DNA of 64,000 nt from Eledone cirrhosa (GCA_964016885.1 OZ024746.1:94860001-94924000), one strand, 5' to 3'. Counted from the first letter of the stretch, positions 41,379 through 59,288 are shown. Notes: generated by a model from the sequence alone, not told the origin. Translations and numbers: made by a program.

Positions 41379-42816
41379 TAAGGTATTTTCAGGTACTGAT
41401 GTATCGCTGCAAGTCCTTAAACACTTATAATTTATTCCCAGTAGTAAAGAAGTCCTCATCCCTGCTCTATGTAGTCAACTGAATCTATTAGAAATAGCAG
41501 CCAAATTTCCTTTAAAACACATCTCAGAATTTTAAAAGAGGATAGAAAATACAGTCCTGGGTGAACAATATCCAAAAATAACACCAAATGGTCATGGCTG
41601 GAATGCCGTTGTTCATACTTCTGCAGAATTGAGCTTGGTCTCAACAATAGCAAGGCACTGAAGTTAACATAATCTCCAGTAACTTAGAAATAGCTGATAA
41701 TAGTGAATATCACAAATCCTAAAACAAAAACATGAGATGGCCTCTGTGCGGTCGTTTCGTTTGCTAGAAATAGTAGCCACATCACTTATAGATCATAATC
41801 GCCCGTATTAAAAATGATAGGAAGGAATGAACCTCAGTCAATTCCGACGATGAATGTTCTTGTTGTTCCTTCCAGCAGAATAGTCTGCTTATAGTATTAA
41901 CGTGTAAGTGGCTGAGCATTCCACAGATACGTGTACCTCAAGATAACTATTTAGGAGATTCAGTGAAACACAGTGTGACAATGTTGGTCCCCATTGAATT
42001 AAAGGTACAGTAAATGAGCCGGCCTCCAAACTGTTTCTATCTATCCAATTTTACTCATAATGAATGATTCAACCCGAGACTATGGTATACACAGCTTGCC
42101 CAAGATGCCATGCAGTAGGAACAAACTAGGGATCTAATGATTCCATTCGGTGATGCTTCGTCCCTTCCACTAAAAAAAAGGGCAGGCTGCCATGGCTGAA
42201 ATACTTCTGATTATATATCTACTTTAAGGAAAACATAAACATGCCAGGGCTTGTCCGACCGCTTCCTCTTCGCAATGGTCTCCCTCGAGACATCAGCCTC
42301 CCATCAAACCGTATACTGCCGAGCTCCTCCGCAACATTAGAACGTCAGTAGCCCGTCTGATGAAGGAACCCACCCCACGAGGTGGAGTGGCTGTTGCAGC
42401 GTGTGTTGCTGGCCATTGTCTGTGACATTTGAACCCATCACCCTCTCCGCTTCTTCAGTGACCCAAGTGTCCTTGCTTTTCCCTCCTTTTCCTCTCATGT
42501 CATTTATAGTCCTTTCCTCTAATATTAACCTGGTATAAACAACGGTAGCAATAACACCACACACCACAAGTCTGGCAACGGAATCCTCTACACGGTCCTT
42601 CAATCGGTTAGAAATAACAGCTTAATTTCCCTCAAATAACATCACACTGTCTTTTTTTTTAGAAATTGATGGACACATTGAGCAATGTAGTCTTATATAA
42701 ACTGTGACTTCGACCTTCACCATCAATGATGTTGATGTCCAGTTTGAACAACCTTCTTACGCATGGCAGTATACTTCTGTATATTATATCTATGAGGTAG
42801 GTAGGTAGGTAGGTAG

Positions 42817-42897
<81 letters not shown>

Positions 42898-42914
42898 CTT
42901 CTCGAGTGATATTG

Positions 42915-43825
42915 GTAATATGTAACCTAGTACAACCTTTCTAATGGTCGGGTCGTCGGCGACTAAGCCGGCAACCCCACCAAGCTTGCTTGGTGAGGAG
43001 GGTGATATTTGGACACCCTACGGGATGAAATACAAGACCCGACAAATGGTGCAGGAACTCGGCAGAGTCAACGGCCATCCAAAAAGTACTTTTATTTTTC
43101 ACCTGGTAGTGAAAGGCCTCCAGTTTTTCTCACAACACCTTTCTAAGAGAGGGAAACTCCGAAAAAAAAAAACCTGTGACTTCGGAAACATCCGATGGTG
43201 TTGACCAGTTCTTCTTTTCGGGTAGTGTTTTCGATGCTCAGAGAGTGGGATTGGTCGAGTGCAAGGCCTTTCCCCACTTAAAAAACATCCAAAGCACAGG
43301 CTTTGCTTGTTCAGGATATGTTACAGGTTTGTGTGACTGGCCGTAGCCTGAAAGTGCACCAAACTCTATAATCTGACAAGTAGTTGCAATACTCTTAGCA
43401 GAGTTTGCAGCCATGTATGTATGTATGTCCCATGGTCGGGTCGTCGGCGACTAAACCGGCAACCCCACCAGGTTTACATAGAAATAATCGGGCTGGATAT
43501 CCGATCGCGCGGTTAAACTACTAAGAGTGAAGGACACCTAGCCTTTGTCAGGGCATTCTTCTACTGGGATAACTCTAAACTGGGATAACTCTGACATAAA
43601 ACCTACGGCTCAGTAGTTACCGATGATATTGATCTTTTCTTCTTTTCGGGTTATAGCTAGTGTTGCTCAGAGAGTGGGATTGGCTCAGTGCACAGTCTTT
43701 CCTCACTTTAAAAAATATCTTCACGCACAGGCATTGCATGATAGCATTAATTAATAATTATTAATAATCGTATATCGTGCAATGGCCATACTCGATGACG
43801 AGGGGGCAACAATCATGCATGCATG
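42915..43825 (+). mobile_element. Two RTE-type 5' leader repeats
   Basis: Copies at 42915-43310 and 43430-43825. Another fragment at 44425-44592. Confidence 0.55.
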
Positions 43826-44029
43826 TATGTATGTATGTTTTTCTGGTTTTATAATTTCACAAATTTTGCCAATAGAGAGAGAGTCGGTTTTTATCAGATA
43901 CAAGACTTTCTCATTGGAATTTACACAACAACTAGGTAGATGTGTATGCATGTGTGTGCAGGTATGAATGTTATTGTGTGTGTTGAAGTGTATGTTTTGA
44001 GTTATATGCTTTGTATCTGTACATGTATA

Positions 44030-44372
44030 CATACAGTTATTGGATGCAGAATTTCCGGAATGTTTTACATATTTCCTAACTAGTTGTGTTCTTTCTGTTC
44101 CTGTGAAGCACAGCTTCTCAAGATTTGTACTGAGGCAGTTACTAACATACCCCAGTGCCCCAATAATCACAGGAATAAATCTGAAGGTATAGTCAGGGTG
44201 GAGTATCTGCAGATTTCTCATTAGTTCTGCATAGATATTCTCCTTTTCGCTAATCTTTAATATTATATTGGCATCTGCTTCGCAGCTAACTTCCACCACT
44301 GTGCATACCTTCTTTTCCTTGTCCCCTGGTCTGTTATGCCTGCATTTTATTGGGGCTTTTATTGAAACAGTA
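44030..44372 (-). mobile_element. R4/Dong-like (RLE-type) non-LTR relic, restriction-like endonuclease domain
   Basis: IKCRHNRP..DKEKKVCTVVEVSCEADANIILKISEKENIYAELMRNLQILHPDYTFRFIPVIIGALG. Confidence 0.75.
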
Positions 44373-44897
44373 TATTTATGTATGTATATTTATGTATGTT
44401 CATTCAGGTCGCGCTTCAGAGCTACTGGTAACATGTAACCCAATACAACCTGTGCATGGTCGGATCGTCGGAGACTAAACCGGCAACCCCGCCAAGTTTG
44501 CTTGTTGTGGACGGTGATTTTGGACACCCTGTGGGATTAAAAACAAAACCTGCCAAAGGGCGGAGGAACTGAGGAGATTCAACGTCCATCCAATATTTTT
44601 TTTATATCTATAAGGTTCAATGTGAAACACCATGATTATAATAGAATCTCCCTCGTTGGTTTCATTTTTTGTTTTCTCGGAGTTGTGTGTGTTGCTGTTG
44701 ATTCTAACTGAGCCCCAAGAAAACACGTCCACACAGTTCGGCCGCAGGCAGGTATTGGAATTCTACAGGCTTGTTATTCTCTATTACTCCGCTTTACCTA
44801 TTCACCATCCCGATTTCTTCGACATAAGATAAGAATCAAGTAGTCTTGTATAAAACACAATATATTTCATAACATTAACAGTCTTGTATTAATTTAC

Positions 44898-45225
44898 ATG
44901 GCTTAGTGGTTAGAGCATGGGGCTTGTAATTGAGAGGTTGTGAGTTTGATTCTCGGACCGGGTGATGCGTTGTGTCCTTGAGCAAGACATTTTATTTAAT
45001 GTTGCTCCAGTTCATTCAGCTGTAGAAATGAGTTGCAACGCCACTGGTGCCTAACTGTATTAGTCATTACCTTTTCCTTGGACAACATTGGTGTCGTGGA
45101 GCGGCGAGATAGATAAGCATGGACAACTGCTGGTCTTCTACAAACAAACCTTGCCCGGACTTGTGTCTCGGAGTGAAACTTGCTAGGTGCAGAACCGTGG
45201 TTATTAGTGACTAATGGGTGCCTTT
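44898..45225 (+). mobile_element. Near full-length CORE-type tRNA SINE
   Basis: A box TGGCTTAGTGG, B-box-like GAGTTTGATTC, CORE-like segment. Confidence 0.8.
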
Positions 45226-45319
45226 AGTAAGTTTGTACACAATATCATTTATTTCATAACATTTATCAGTAATAATCGGGTATACAACAACATTTATTAT
45301 ATAATATTAATATCTTTAA

Positions 45320-45622
45320 ACACTAGTATGTTTAAACTATACCTAGACACTAGTATGTTTAAACTATACCTAGACACTAGTATGTTTAAACTATACCTAG
45401 ACACTAGTATGTTTAAACTATACCTAGACACTAGTATGTTTAAACTATACCTAGACACTAGTATGTTTAAACTATACCTAGACACTAGTATGTTTAAACT
45501 ATACCTAGACACTAGTATGTTTAAACTATACCTAGACACTAGTATGTTTAAACTATACCTAGACACTAGTATGTTTAAACTATACCTAGACACTAGTATG
45601 TTTAAACTATACCTAGACACTA
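45320..45622. repeat. 27-bp perfect minisatellite, ~11 units
   Basis: Unit CACTAGTATGTTTAAACTATACCTAGA. Confidence 0.95.
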
Positions 45623-46239
45623 CGAATAATGAGTAAAATATTTTTTTTAATCTAAAAGAAAAAAAATAATTCACTCGGTGAAATGCTCGAATTTCCTTCA
45701 CAGAATGTTGACATTCCCTGGAGTGTGTGGTGCAGGCGCAGCCGCTGTTGATGCTGGGGTGAATTTCCTCCCAAGTTAAGCATTGTGGTCCTGAAGAATA
45801 AGGATTAGGCGTAGAAGTTCGGGCCGGTAACGGGAGCAGAAGACGTGCTAGAAGGTACGAAATATTGAGAAAAGTTAAGAGAATGTTTTTCACAAAAATC
45901 ATATGCATGTTATTGTCAGCAATTTAGGCCTAAGCCAAGTAGAATCTGATTAGCGAATGTAAGACATGAAAGATGTATTAAATGATTACAGTAGCAAAAT
46001 CCCCCAAGCGGCATCAAGCAGTGTGGCTAAAAAAATAAGTTAGAGTAGAATCAGGAATTTCCATATGAAATTCTTGTTCTTCGTCGTCACTTGGTTCCAT
46101 TGAGGCCCCACAACGCCGCCACAAGAATATACAAGTACATACGTTCTGAAATGTCGCAGATACAGTTATTCAGAAACAGAGAGAATTTGCATGCAGATAC
46201 AAGTGTATTATATGCAAACATACATATATATAATAGTGG

Positions 46240-50044
<3,805 letters not shown>

Positions 50045-50577
50045 AAATCAAATTAAGGTTGTCATGTCTGAGAGACATGCGCCATATTCACTGCAGAATA
50101 AGCTCAAAGATTCCAATGAATAGATCCGACCATTTTATATCAACTAGAAATAGATTGACACATATATATATAAAATAAACACATGAAACAATCTCAGGGA
50201 ATAATTTGTAAATGTGTAAGCACACATAGCTAGGTAGGTAACTAATGAAAGTTTAACTAGAACTTCAAATATAGATACCTTTTAAAATGATTAATCTCCT
50301 TTGTATATATTTCTTTAAATAAAAAATATATTTCACCAATTCATCGCACCGCGTCATCCCAGTGGCGTGAATAGGATTATCGACAGCTAGAAATAGCAGC
50401 CGAGTCCATTCAAGCTATGTGTGCTTACACACTTTACAAATTATTGCCTGAGATTGTTTCATGTGTTTATTTTATATATATATATATATATGTGTCAATC
50501 TATTTCTAGTTGATATATATATATATATATATATATTTATTTATATATATTTTTATATATATTTATTTATATATATA

Positions 50578-50620
<43 letters not shown>

Positions 50621-50647
50621 CATTTTTATATATTTATGTTACGTTGC

Positions 50648-50713
50648 CTTATCTGACGAACGAATGCGGACGTCTCTTGTGTTCGTCCTGTTCGGGAAAC
50701 CTCGGGTAATGAG
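50648..50713 (+). ncRNA. Type I hammerhead in a ~110 bp insert in (TA)n
   Basis: cttat-CTGACGA-acgaatgcggacg...cgtcctgttcgg-GAAA-cctcggg-TA-atgag. The first stem II pair is mismatched. Confidence 0.7.
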
Positions 50714-50742
50714 GTAATTATACTGTGTTGTTTATTACACAT

Positions 50743-50790
<48 letters not shown>

Positions 50791-50792
<2 letters not shown>

Positions 50793-50968
50793 TGGGAGCC
50801 CCTACATGGACACACTAGAAGAGGAAGACCAAGGTTAACGTATGTTGATGCCCTAAGGACAGACACTGGTCTGTTGGAGACGCAGGACATGGCAGCGATA
50901 ATGAGGGACAGAGACCACTGGCGAGAACTCGTCCATGGATCTCGGGAATTTTACCTGCCTTAGATAGA
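50791..50968 (+). mobile_element. RTE LINE 3' end, 5'-truncated
   Basis: Near-identical to the reverse complement of 61640-61790. Encodes WEPLHGHTRRGRPRLTYVDALRTDTG...*. Confidence 0.85.
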
Positions 50969-51316
50969 TAGTGAAAGAGTGAAGAATAACATGGTCAACA
51001 GTACAAAAAGGGTTTTATTTACAGTATTAACAATTGTTTCATTGGTTACGTTGTCTTAAAATTGCTAATCACTTGAAGTTGTGTCACTCAATTTTAAATA
51101 CGATGTATGCTTAACCAAATCTCCAGAAAAACTCTTTCACTAGTATTACTCCAAGATTAACTTACATAGGAACTCCCGAGAACTCATATACTCGCTACCT
51201 CAGGAAACCTCTTGTTGAGTCAAACAACGCCGTTACGCTAAAACTATCCACAATACGGAGTATTCACAACCTCTAACTGGATTACCTATAACGATAACTT
51301 GTTATCCCTTATATAT

Positions 51317-51367
<51 letters not shown>

Positions 51368-51588
51368 AAGATTGAAGAATAACATGGGGTCGGCTATACA
51401 AAAAGGGTTTTATTTCAAGTATTAACAATTTTTTCATTGTTCAGGTGAGTCTAAAGGCCGCTAATCACTCGAAGTTGCGTCACTCGACCTTAAATACGAT
51501 GTTTACCTCTGTTCAAATCATCGGAATACAGGAGGTTTTACATATGGCATTCGTATATATACCTATAACGATAACTTATTATCCCCTA

Positions 51589-51692
<104 letters not shown>

Positions 51693-51867
51693 ATAATAAT
51701 CAATTTGAAGACTAAAATCCAAAGAGGGCTCGATAAGGATAAATATATATCAAATATATAAGAACCGTGGAGTAAATATTTATTAAAATAACAGATTAAA
51801 GTTTAAGCAAAGAATCGCTGCTTTAACCCTTAACGGGATCTTAAACTTTAATCTGTTATTTTAATAA

Positions 51868-51932
<65 letters not shown>

Positions 51933-52082
51933 TACCTTAAAAAAACAACTTAACTCTGGTACTAAGAATATTAGTCAACTGAAAAAAGTCATTCATAATC
52001 TCAAATACTACTAAAAATGGCGTCTATAACCATCAACTAAAAAGACGCAAAACTATAAAAAGATTAGCGTACATAAAATAAC

Positions 52083-52266
52083 GATTTCTTATATAGGCAC
52101 AAGGCCAGCAATTTTATGGGAGGGGAAAGTCGATTTATTTTATCGACCCCGTAGGGATGAAAGGCAAAGTTAACCTCGGTGGGATTGGAACTCAGAAGTA
52201 AAGGGCCGTAACTTTATGCCACGAAGCATGGTGTCTGACGCTCTACCGATACTGCCAATCCACCAC
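52083..52266 (-). mobile_element. tRNA-derived SINE (Meta-domain-like)
   Basis: A box and core. Another fragment at 56416-56522. Confidence 0.8.
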
Positions 52267-55200
52267 CCTTCTTCTACGTCTTCAACTTCTTCTTCTTCTT
52301 CTTTTCTTCTTTTCTTCTTCTCGCTCTTCTTCTTTTCCTCCCCCTCCTTCTTCTTCTTCTTCGCCCACGTGAGAGGACGTAAGGGTAGATTTCGTAAATA
52401 CACCTTCCAGTGGGTCCTATAAGAAGTAAACGTCCCCAGTCAATGCTGCTGAATTCCTAAAGAAGACCACACGTGCTTATGGATGTAATCAAAGCATGTC
52501 TGGGGTTCCTCTGATTTCTGAGCTCGTGAAAACATACATAGAATAATATAAATGTTAAAGCACAAAATATGTTGTTCTGATGAAGAGTGTTCTAGTTGAT
52601 TCAGTCAACACATCTGTCTACTCGTGAAATTAACGGTTAAGTGGCTGAGCACCCCACATACACCTGCACCCTAATCGTAGTTCTCAGGGAGATTCAGCGG
52701 TGGGACATAAGATGTAACAAAGCTGTTAGGTTGAAAAAATATTTTACTCATTATTCGTGTCTTTGCTACGTATATTTTAAGAATGCTAATGTTAAAAGAT
52801 GTTAATATTTTGTAATAAATTGTATTGTATACCCGATTATTAATGATAAATGTTATGAATTAAAAGTCTAACTCATTTTTGTTAGCTGAATAGATTCAAA
52901 TTGATAAAGAGCGAATAGATTGGAACCATGCCACCCGATCCTGAAAGTGAGCACTTGATCTTACAATCGTGGGTTGAACACACTATCTACTATACCACGC
53001 ACCGTCAGCACAGAATATCGCTCATAAACTTTAATTGGACAACAGATAAAATTGTTTAGTTAAACGCGAAGTGGTGTGTATGGTCCCGTAACTGATAGAG
53101 TCGAAAGGGTGCCGTATTGACACACGGTATTTCTTGGGCATGTTAAGACTAGCGGAGCCCATCCCTCTTCAGGCCTGAGGACAGCAGATTTCTTCCAGTG
53201 AAAGATAGAAAGTGAGGGAGGGGAAATGAGAAAGAGATATAGAGGAAGAATCGACCCCAGTACTAGACTGGTACTTTTTTTATCAACCTCAAGAGGATGA
53301 CAGGCGGGATTTGAACAGAGAGAGAAGGAAGCCTGAGCGAATACCATAAAGACGTTCCAACGACTTTGACAATTCGCCGCATGGAGAGATTAATTTAACC
53401 TAAAAAAAAAACTGAGATTGTGTTGATTAGTGAGAAAATGTTAACCATTAACATTGGAATAACAGACATAAAATTAAATTTACCAATTTTACTTTGTCAA
53501 ATTCCCCCCACCCCATTTTGATATCTCTACAAAAGGACCGAAGTCACCCAGGACTTGTATAGTTTGAGCTTCATTGGATAACGAAATAAAACACAAAAGA
53601 TGAGTGGATTCAAAATCAAGATCATACATACCCCAAACCCCCTGCCCTAATATCATCCTATTCATACGTCTCGTTCCTTTAAATATTAGATCGAACATCT
53701 AAAAGCATTTCAGTCTTAATAAATAAGCATTCGCCATTAACAGAAATAACTTAATGCTAAGTTGCCTCTTTAAAGATTGAGCTAGATGACACTACTGATT
53801 AACATTAATGCAGAAATAATACATTGTTGGAACATATACTGACACGATGCAAACCAAATCTTGCAGATTATGCTCGATAGCATGACCAAGTCTTGCTGAA
53901 ATAGTAAAATAGCAATGAAATAGCGTCAGCACAATGAGAATCATTATAAAGTTTGTAGTCTGTTTTTTTTTAATATAACGGAACAAAAAAGGGAGAGAAA
54001 GAAGATTGCAGGATAGTAAACAATGAAACACCTAGGCGGACTTCTGAAAAGATCTTATGACTGGAAGATTTGGGTGGGTTTGAAAAAAAAAGACATTTTT
54101 ATTCCCTAGACAATACTGAAGCAACTCTCTAAATTTGTGGCATTGTCTGATATGATGAACTCCTGAGTTTTGAGCGGACAGTGCTTTAGGAGGGCATTAA
54201 GGAATTCGTATATAAAAAAAAAGTGTCTAAAATATGAAGCTCTTAATAAATCGTTTGAGAGACGAAGAGGGTAATATATGGAGCTTCTTGTAGAGGTGAG
54301 ATGCGATGGATTTAATTGGATTCAACAGTCCAGCCTTGGAGTTAAAACAAACATGGGAGAGTAGGAATTCATGAACTGGAGAGGGAAGAAGAAAACGCTT
54401 CATCATTGATATGACTGAGGCATGTGAGAGAAAGACAAAAGTTGAGAAAAAAGAACAAATATTCGGTAAAAGGTAAAACAAAATAAATGTAAGGTTAGAG
54501 TGGTTACGGCTGCACACATTTTCACATTTTGTGGTGGTCGTAGTGGTGGTGGTGGTGGCGGTGGCATAGATAACGAAACGAAAAAGCGTGCTGTAGTTCT
54601 GGTCAAATACATTTTGACATTTCTTGGGGGTATCAAAGCTGTTTGACACTGCTGCAGGGTTTTGATCTCCTGTCGGTAGCAGAAGAAGAGAATGTCGAGA
54701 CTAGTCTATTTATTCCTGCAACGTTTAGAGATATTTCTGTCTGGGTATCTGTGTCTAAACTCATGTGTGCACATGTGCAATCATTTTTTTAGAGCATGCG
54801 TACGTCTATGCGTTTCATTGCTTGTATTTTTTTGTTTGCACATCATTAAAATATCTTTTAAAACGAATATTTACATTTGAAATTTAGTTAAGCTTGAAGG
54901 AAAAATATCCAATGATTCTCCAGAAGGCATGACTACTGAGAACAACAAGAAGCCTTCGATACGTCCTGAATATCTGAGACTGCAGGTAGGGGCTTGATGT
55001 TCATTTGGGTAAAATTTTCCGGTTAAATAACATCAATGACTGAGATATCAAAGCAATAATAATGATAATAACAACAACAACAATAATAATAATAATTAAA
55101 AAACAACGAAATGAATCAGAAAACAAGAAAAATACATTAAATCTTTTAAATATTTTTATTTCCTAGTTTAAACACGAATTTAAATTGAAAAACAAAACAT

Positions 55201-56777
55201 ATGGGCAGGGAGAATATTTGTCATATTATTCAGCAAGATTAAACAAACAGAAAAGAAAAATAATTTTTTTTTTTCAAAATAGCAGATTTATTATAGCTTT
55301 TTTTTCTTTTTTTTTTCTTTACTTTTTTTTATTTCCTAATAGTTTGAGAGGGAAAATCCTTTTGCTTTTATTTAAATGATGTATGAAGTGCTTTTCTTTG
55401 CATACTGTTTTATTAATTTCTCTTATAGTTGTTATTAGTTAAATGATAGGAGTAAAACAGAGTGAAAAAGAAAAAAAAAAAAAAAAGATTGGGAGATAGA
55501 AAAGTGAGCGGATTAGAAAAAGAAAAAAAATCTTCTCTATTTTGTTGATCGACAAAACGAACATCAAATTTTAATTGCTGTCGACTTCACTTTGAAGGGG
55601 ATGTTAAAGAATAATGTTTGCTGATAACTTGCCGTCAGTCAAACCAACCGGAAACTCATTGAAAGTAATGGCGGTGACATTCATCAGTTGCTTCCGGCAA
55701 TATTTCGCAAGCATGACAGAAGTGAAGTCAGCTGTCTTTTTCACTTTAAAACCAAGGGAGAAATATGCCACACTAACTTTATTGAACATACGTTTTGGTA
55801 AGTCCCAGTACTGCCTTGTTTTCCAATAATCACAATCATTTGTCGGAAAGGTGATGAGAGGAATTCACGTTAAATGTCTTGAAACAAATTATTAATAATA
55901 TTATTTATTATTGTTGTTGTTGTTTTCATTAGTGTCTCTAACAACGTCATAAATCGCTCCGTAAGTTTGTTCTATATTCACAGTTATTCAACCTATATTA
56001 CTGTTTTGCAGATAAACTAACCAGTACATTCATGAGCTGGTTCGTTTATCTCTATCTGTCACTCTAAGGGGATAAACCTGTGTTTGGTTATCAAACATGC
56101 CGCTCAATTTTCTGCTAAAATTAAGATGGCGGAGAAACATTTTGCGTCCGCTAAACGGAATGGCCAGCTTTTCATAGAGTGGAACAGCCAAAATACAATG
56201 GCAGAAAACAATGGCAGCAGCAAAACAGAAAACAATGACAGCAGCAAAAACAACATCAGTAGCAACAGTAACAGTAACAACAACGACAACGACAATAGCA
56301 ACCAAAACTTAATATCTCGTGCAGCAGCCGGACGTTGCCGGACCCACCACAACGACATTAAACACCACTTAACAGCCGACAGTGACGTCACAAATGGTAA
56401 CAAAAACATGAACAATAATAATTGTTTCTACTTTTGGCACAAGGCCAGCAATTATCCCAGTACATTACTGGTACTTTATTTTATCGATCCCGTAAGGATG
56501 AAAGGCAAAGTTAACCTCGGCGTGTTGCAGAAACGCAGAAGAAGATGGTTACTTAGAAATGTATATTCACAAACACGAAACAGCCGGAGCCAACAAATCA
56601 AGCAGAAGTCAAAAGAGCATTGAAAGAAATAATGTCCGACGTGAAACACATCATAAGTTCAAGGTAGTTTCAGGCGTTTCTGTGTTCTTTAAAAGAGAAA
56701 CTATGGTCATGAAACATTCCCTGGTTTCCTATCGGAGCTAGAAATATGTATTATACCTCTCTTATCTTCTAAGATGG

Positions 56778-57030
56778 ATGGAAAATGTGAAAATTTTTGG
56801 AATCCTACCAGAAATAAAAATCTGGTGGATATTGGCCTTTCTCGTCATTGAGGGAAGCAACAGACTCTTGGAGCTGAAACGGATACGAAGACAGAACTGG
56901 TTTGGGATCAGTGAGGAGGTACTACTCCACAAGATGCCATACCTCATTCGCCTTCCAGGAAGACCCGTTCTCATCTGTGTGGTCAAAGTGGCCATTTGAT
57001 AGCTTTCCAGAAAAGAGATCCCTTTACGAC
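56778..57030 (+). pseudogene. Degenerate gag/ORF1-like retroelement relic
   Basis: VKIFGILPEIKIWWILAFL...PYLIRLPGRP / HLCGQSGHLIA across a frameshift (zinc-knuckle remnant). Confidence 0.4.
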
Positions 57031-58503
57031 CAACACCAGGTGCCCCAACGCCGTAACAACGACAACAACAGCGAACAACAACAACAACAACAACAGCGAC
57101 ACCAAACCTTGCCACAACATCAACATCAACAGCAAAACAAAATTCTGTAGCGATAGCACCAACAACTACAGCAGCTACAGCACCAACACCAACAACTACA
57201 GCAGCTACAGCACCAACACCAACAACTACAGCAGCTACAGCAGCTACAGCACCAACTACAGCAGCTACAGCAGCTACAGCACCAACTACAGCAGCTACAG
57301 CACCAACACCAACAACTACAGCAGCTACAGCACCAACACCAACAACTACAGCAGCTACAGCACCAACAAGACCAACACCACCACCAACAACAGCAAAAGA
57401 AGCACCAGCATCAACAACAGCAACTGTAAGAAACTTAAAGAGTAACTAAGGGGACTACCAACTTAACTTCGCTCTCCTCCCCTTCAAAACATGCACACAC
57501 ACAATTTCATTCACACACACACACAATTTCATTCACACACACACACAATTTCATTCCCACACACACACACAACCTCATTCACACACACACAATCTCATTC
57601 ACTTCACACACACACACACAATCTCATTCGCACACACACACACACACACAATCTCATTCTCACACACACACACACAATCTCATTCGCACACACACACAAT
57701 CTCACACACACACACACACACACACAATCTCACACACACACACACACACACCACAACACTCATCTGAGTCAAATGATACAGATACAGAATCTTTCTCTTC
57801 TCACAGCGAGGATGAGGGAGATCCCCAGAAAGCAAAAGAAAAAAATGAAGCAACAAAATAAACCCGAAACATCCTGCAACTTTTCAACATACACACAACA
57901 AAACCAGACACATTCACAACACCAACACCATCAACACTACATCCGCCAATGTTACCACTACTACTAAAACACGCACAACCACAGGAACCAACAACATATA
58001 CACTAAATTTATGCAAAAATGGCCAACCAAGAACTGATGGCTCTCATAGCTCAAAACAAAGAGATTGAGCGAGAGGGGGGGGGTGTCGTTGCCACCAGTA
58101 CCCACAAAGTGTCATAGATATTCACGATGGTGCGAATGGCACCAGAGTCTTATAAAATCATCAGTGAGAGCTACCCGCATGATGTGGTAACCCCTTATGT
58201 GAGCGCCACCAGTAAGCTTTTAAGGGGCTTCTCTAACCCCACCAAATATGTAGGTAGAACCTCTTGATCTCCAACAGCACTCGGAGGTTAAGTAGCCTGC
58301 CTCCTATTTTTTTTTATCTCTTAACTAGCCAGTCAGCATGGATATCATAAGAGAAGGATGCGTCAATTGAGTCGTCCAGGGCAACAACATCGAGCAAATG
58401 GCTGAGTATTCAACAGATTCTTTTACCCCTTAATGTAATCCTTTGGTAGATTCAGCATGACACATTGTGTGACACGGCTGGCCCTTTGAATTAGAGACAC
58501 AAT

Positions 58504-58836
58504 CAGGGCCGGATTTAATGGGGGACAAATGGGGCAATTGCCCCGGGTCCCCTTCAGTGGGGTGCCCCACCAGCACGGCTGTAGCAATATATCTGTGCTC
58601 TTAGCTAGGCTTTTTAGTTTTAGGATGGTTAGAAGTTTTTACCTGTATGTATAATACCTGTATGTATAACTTTTCAATTCCATTTACTTGCGCCAAGCTA
58701 ACTTTGATACGTAAAATTGCGGGCGCGGGGAGGGTTTGCTGTGTATGAGGGTTTGCTGTATTTTTTGTGTATAAGGCCCCCTCCGAAAAAAAAACCTGAA
58801 GTACCCCCCCCCCCCCCAGGTCTAAATCCAACTTTG
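58504..58836. mobile_element. hAT-type MITE
   Basis: Ends CAGGGCCGGATTTA and TAAATCCAACTTTG. 8-bp TSD GACACAAT/GACACAGT. Confidence 0.7.
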
Positions 58837-59187
58837 GACACAGTCTGTCCGATGGGCTTCCAAACAGTTTCAGTCTACCCAAATTTATTATATGAATTCT
58901 GATGTAACTCTAATCAAGCAGTCCTTTACTAAACCTCATTCCAGCAAGGAAAACCTTATTCTTTTCTTTTTTTTGTTCAGACATCGTTTGACCCAGTATC
59001 TTTTGAGCCGGTAATGTAAAAAAAGAGAGTTTTGGACTGCTTTCAAGCAGGTGGAACAACTGTATAGAGGCCTCATCGTACACTTGTCATCTACCCTAGT
59101 ATCAGATCTTTCTTCGTCTATACCAACTTCTCTTACAAAAATTAACCGTTTGCCAAGCCAAACGTTAGTAAAAATAGCCCAATGTTT

Positions 59188-59240
59188 ATACATACATACA
59201 TACATACATATATTCATACATACATACATACATACATACA

Positions 59241-59273
<33 letters not shown>

Positions 59274-59288
59274 TCATACATACAAACA

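Noticed and set aside
52570-52640. CTGATGA...GAAA as a hammerhead (also CTGATGA near 42357 and 18331)
   Set aside because: No convincing stems I and III. The GAAA at ~52626 belongs to a SINE tail.
56084-57445. Asn/Ser/Thr-rich ORFs as host genes
   Set aside because: Built from AAC/AGC repeats, and one runs through a SINE.
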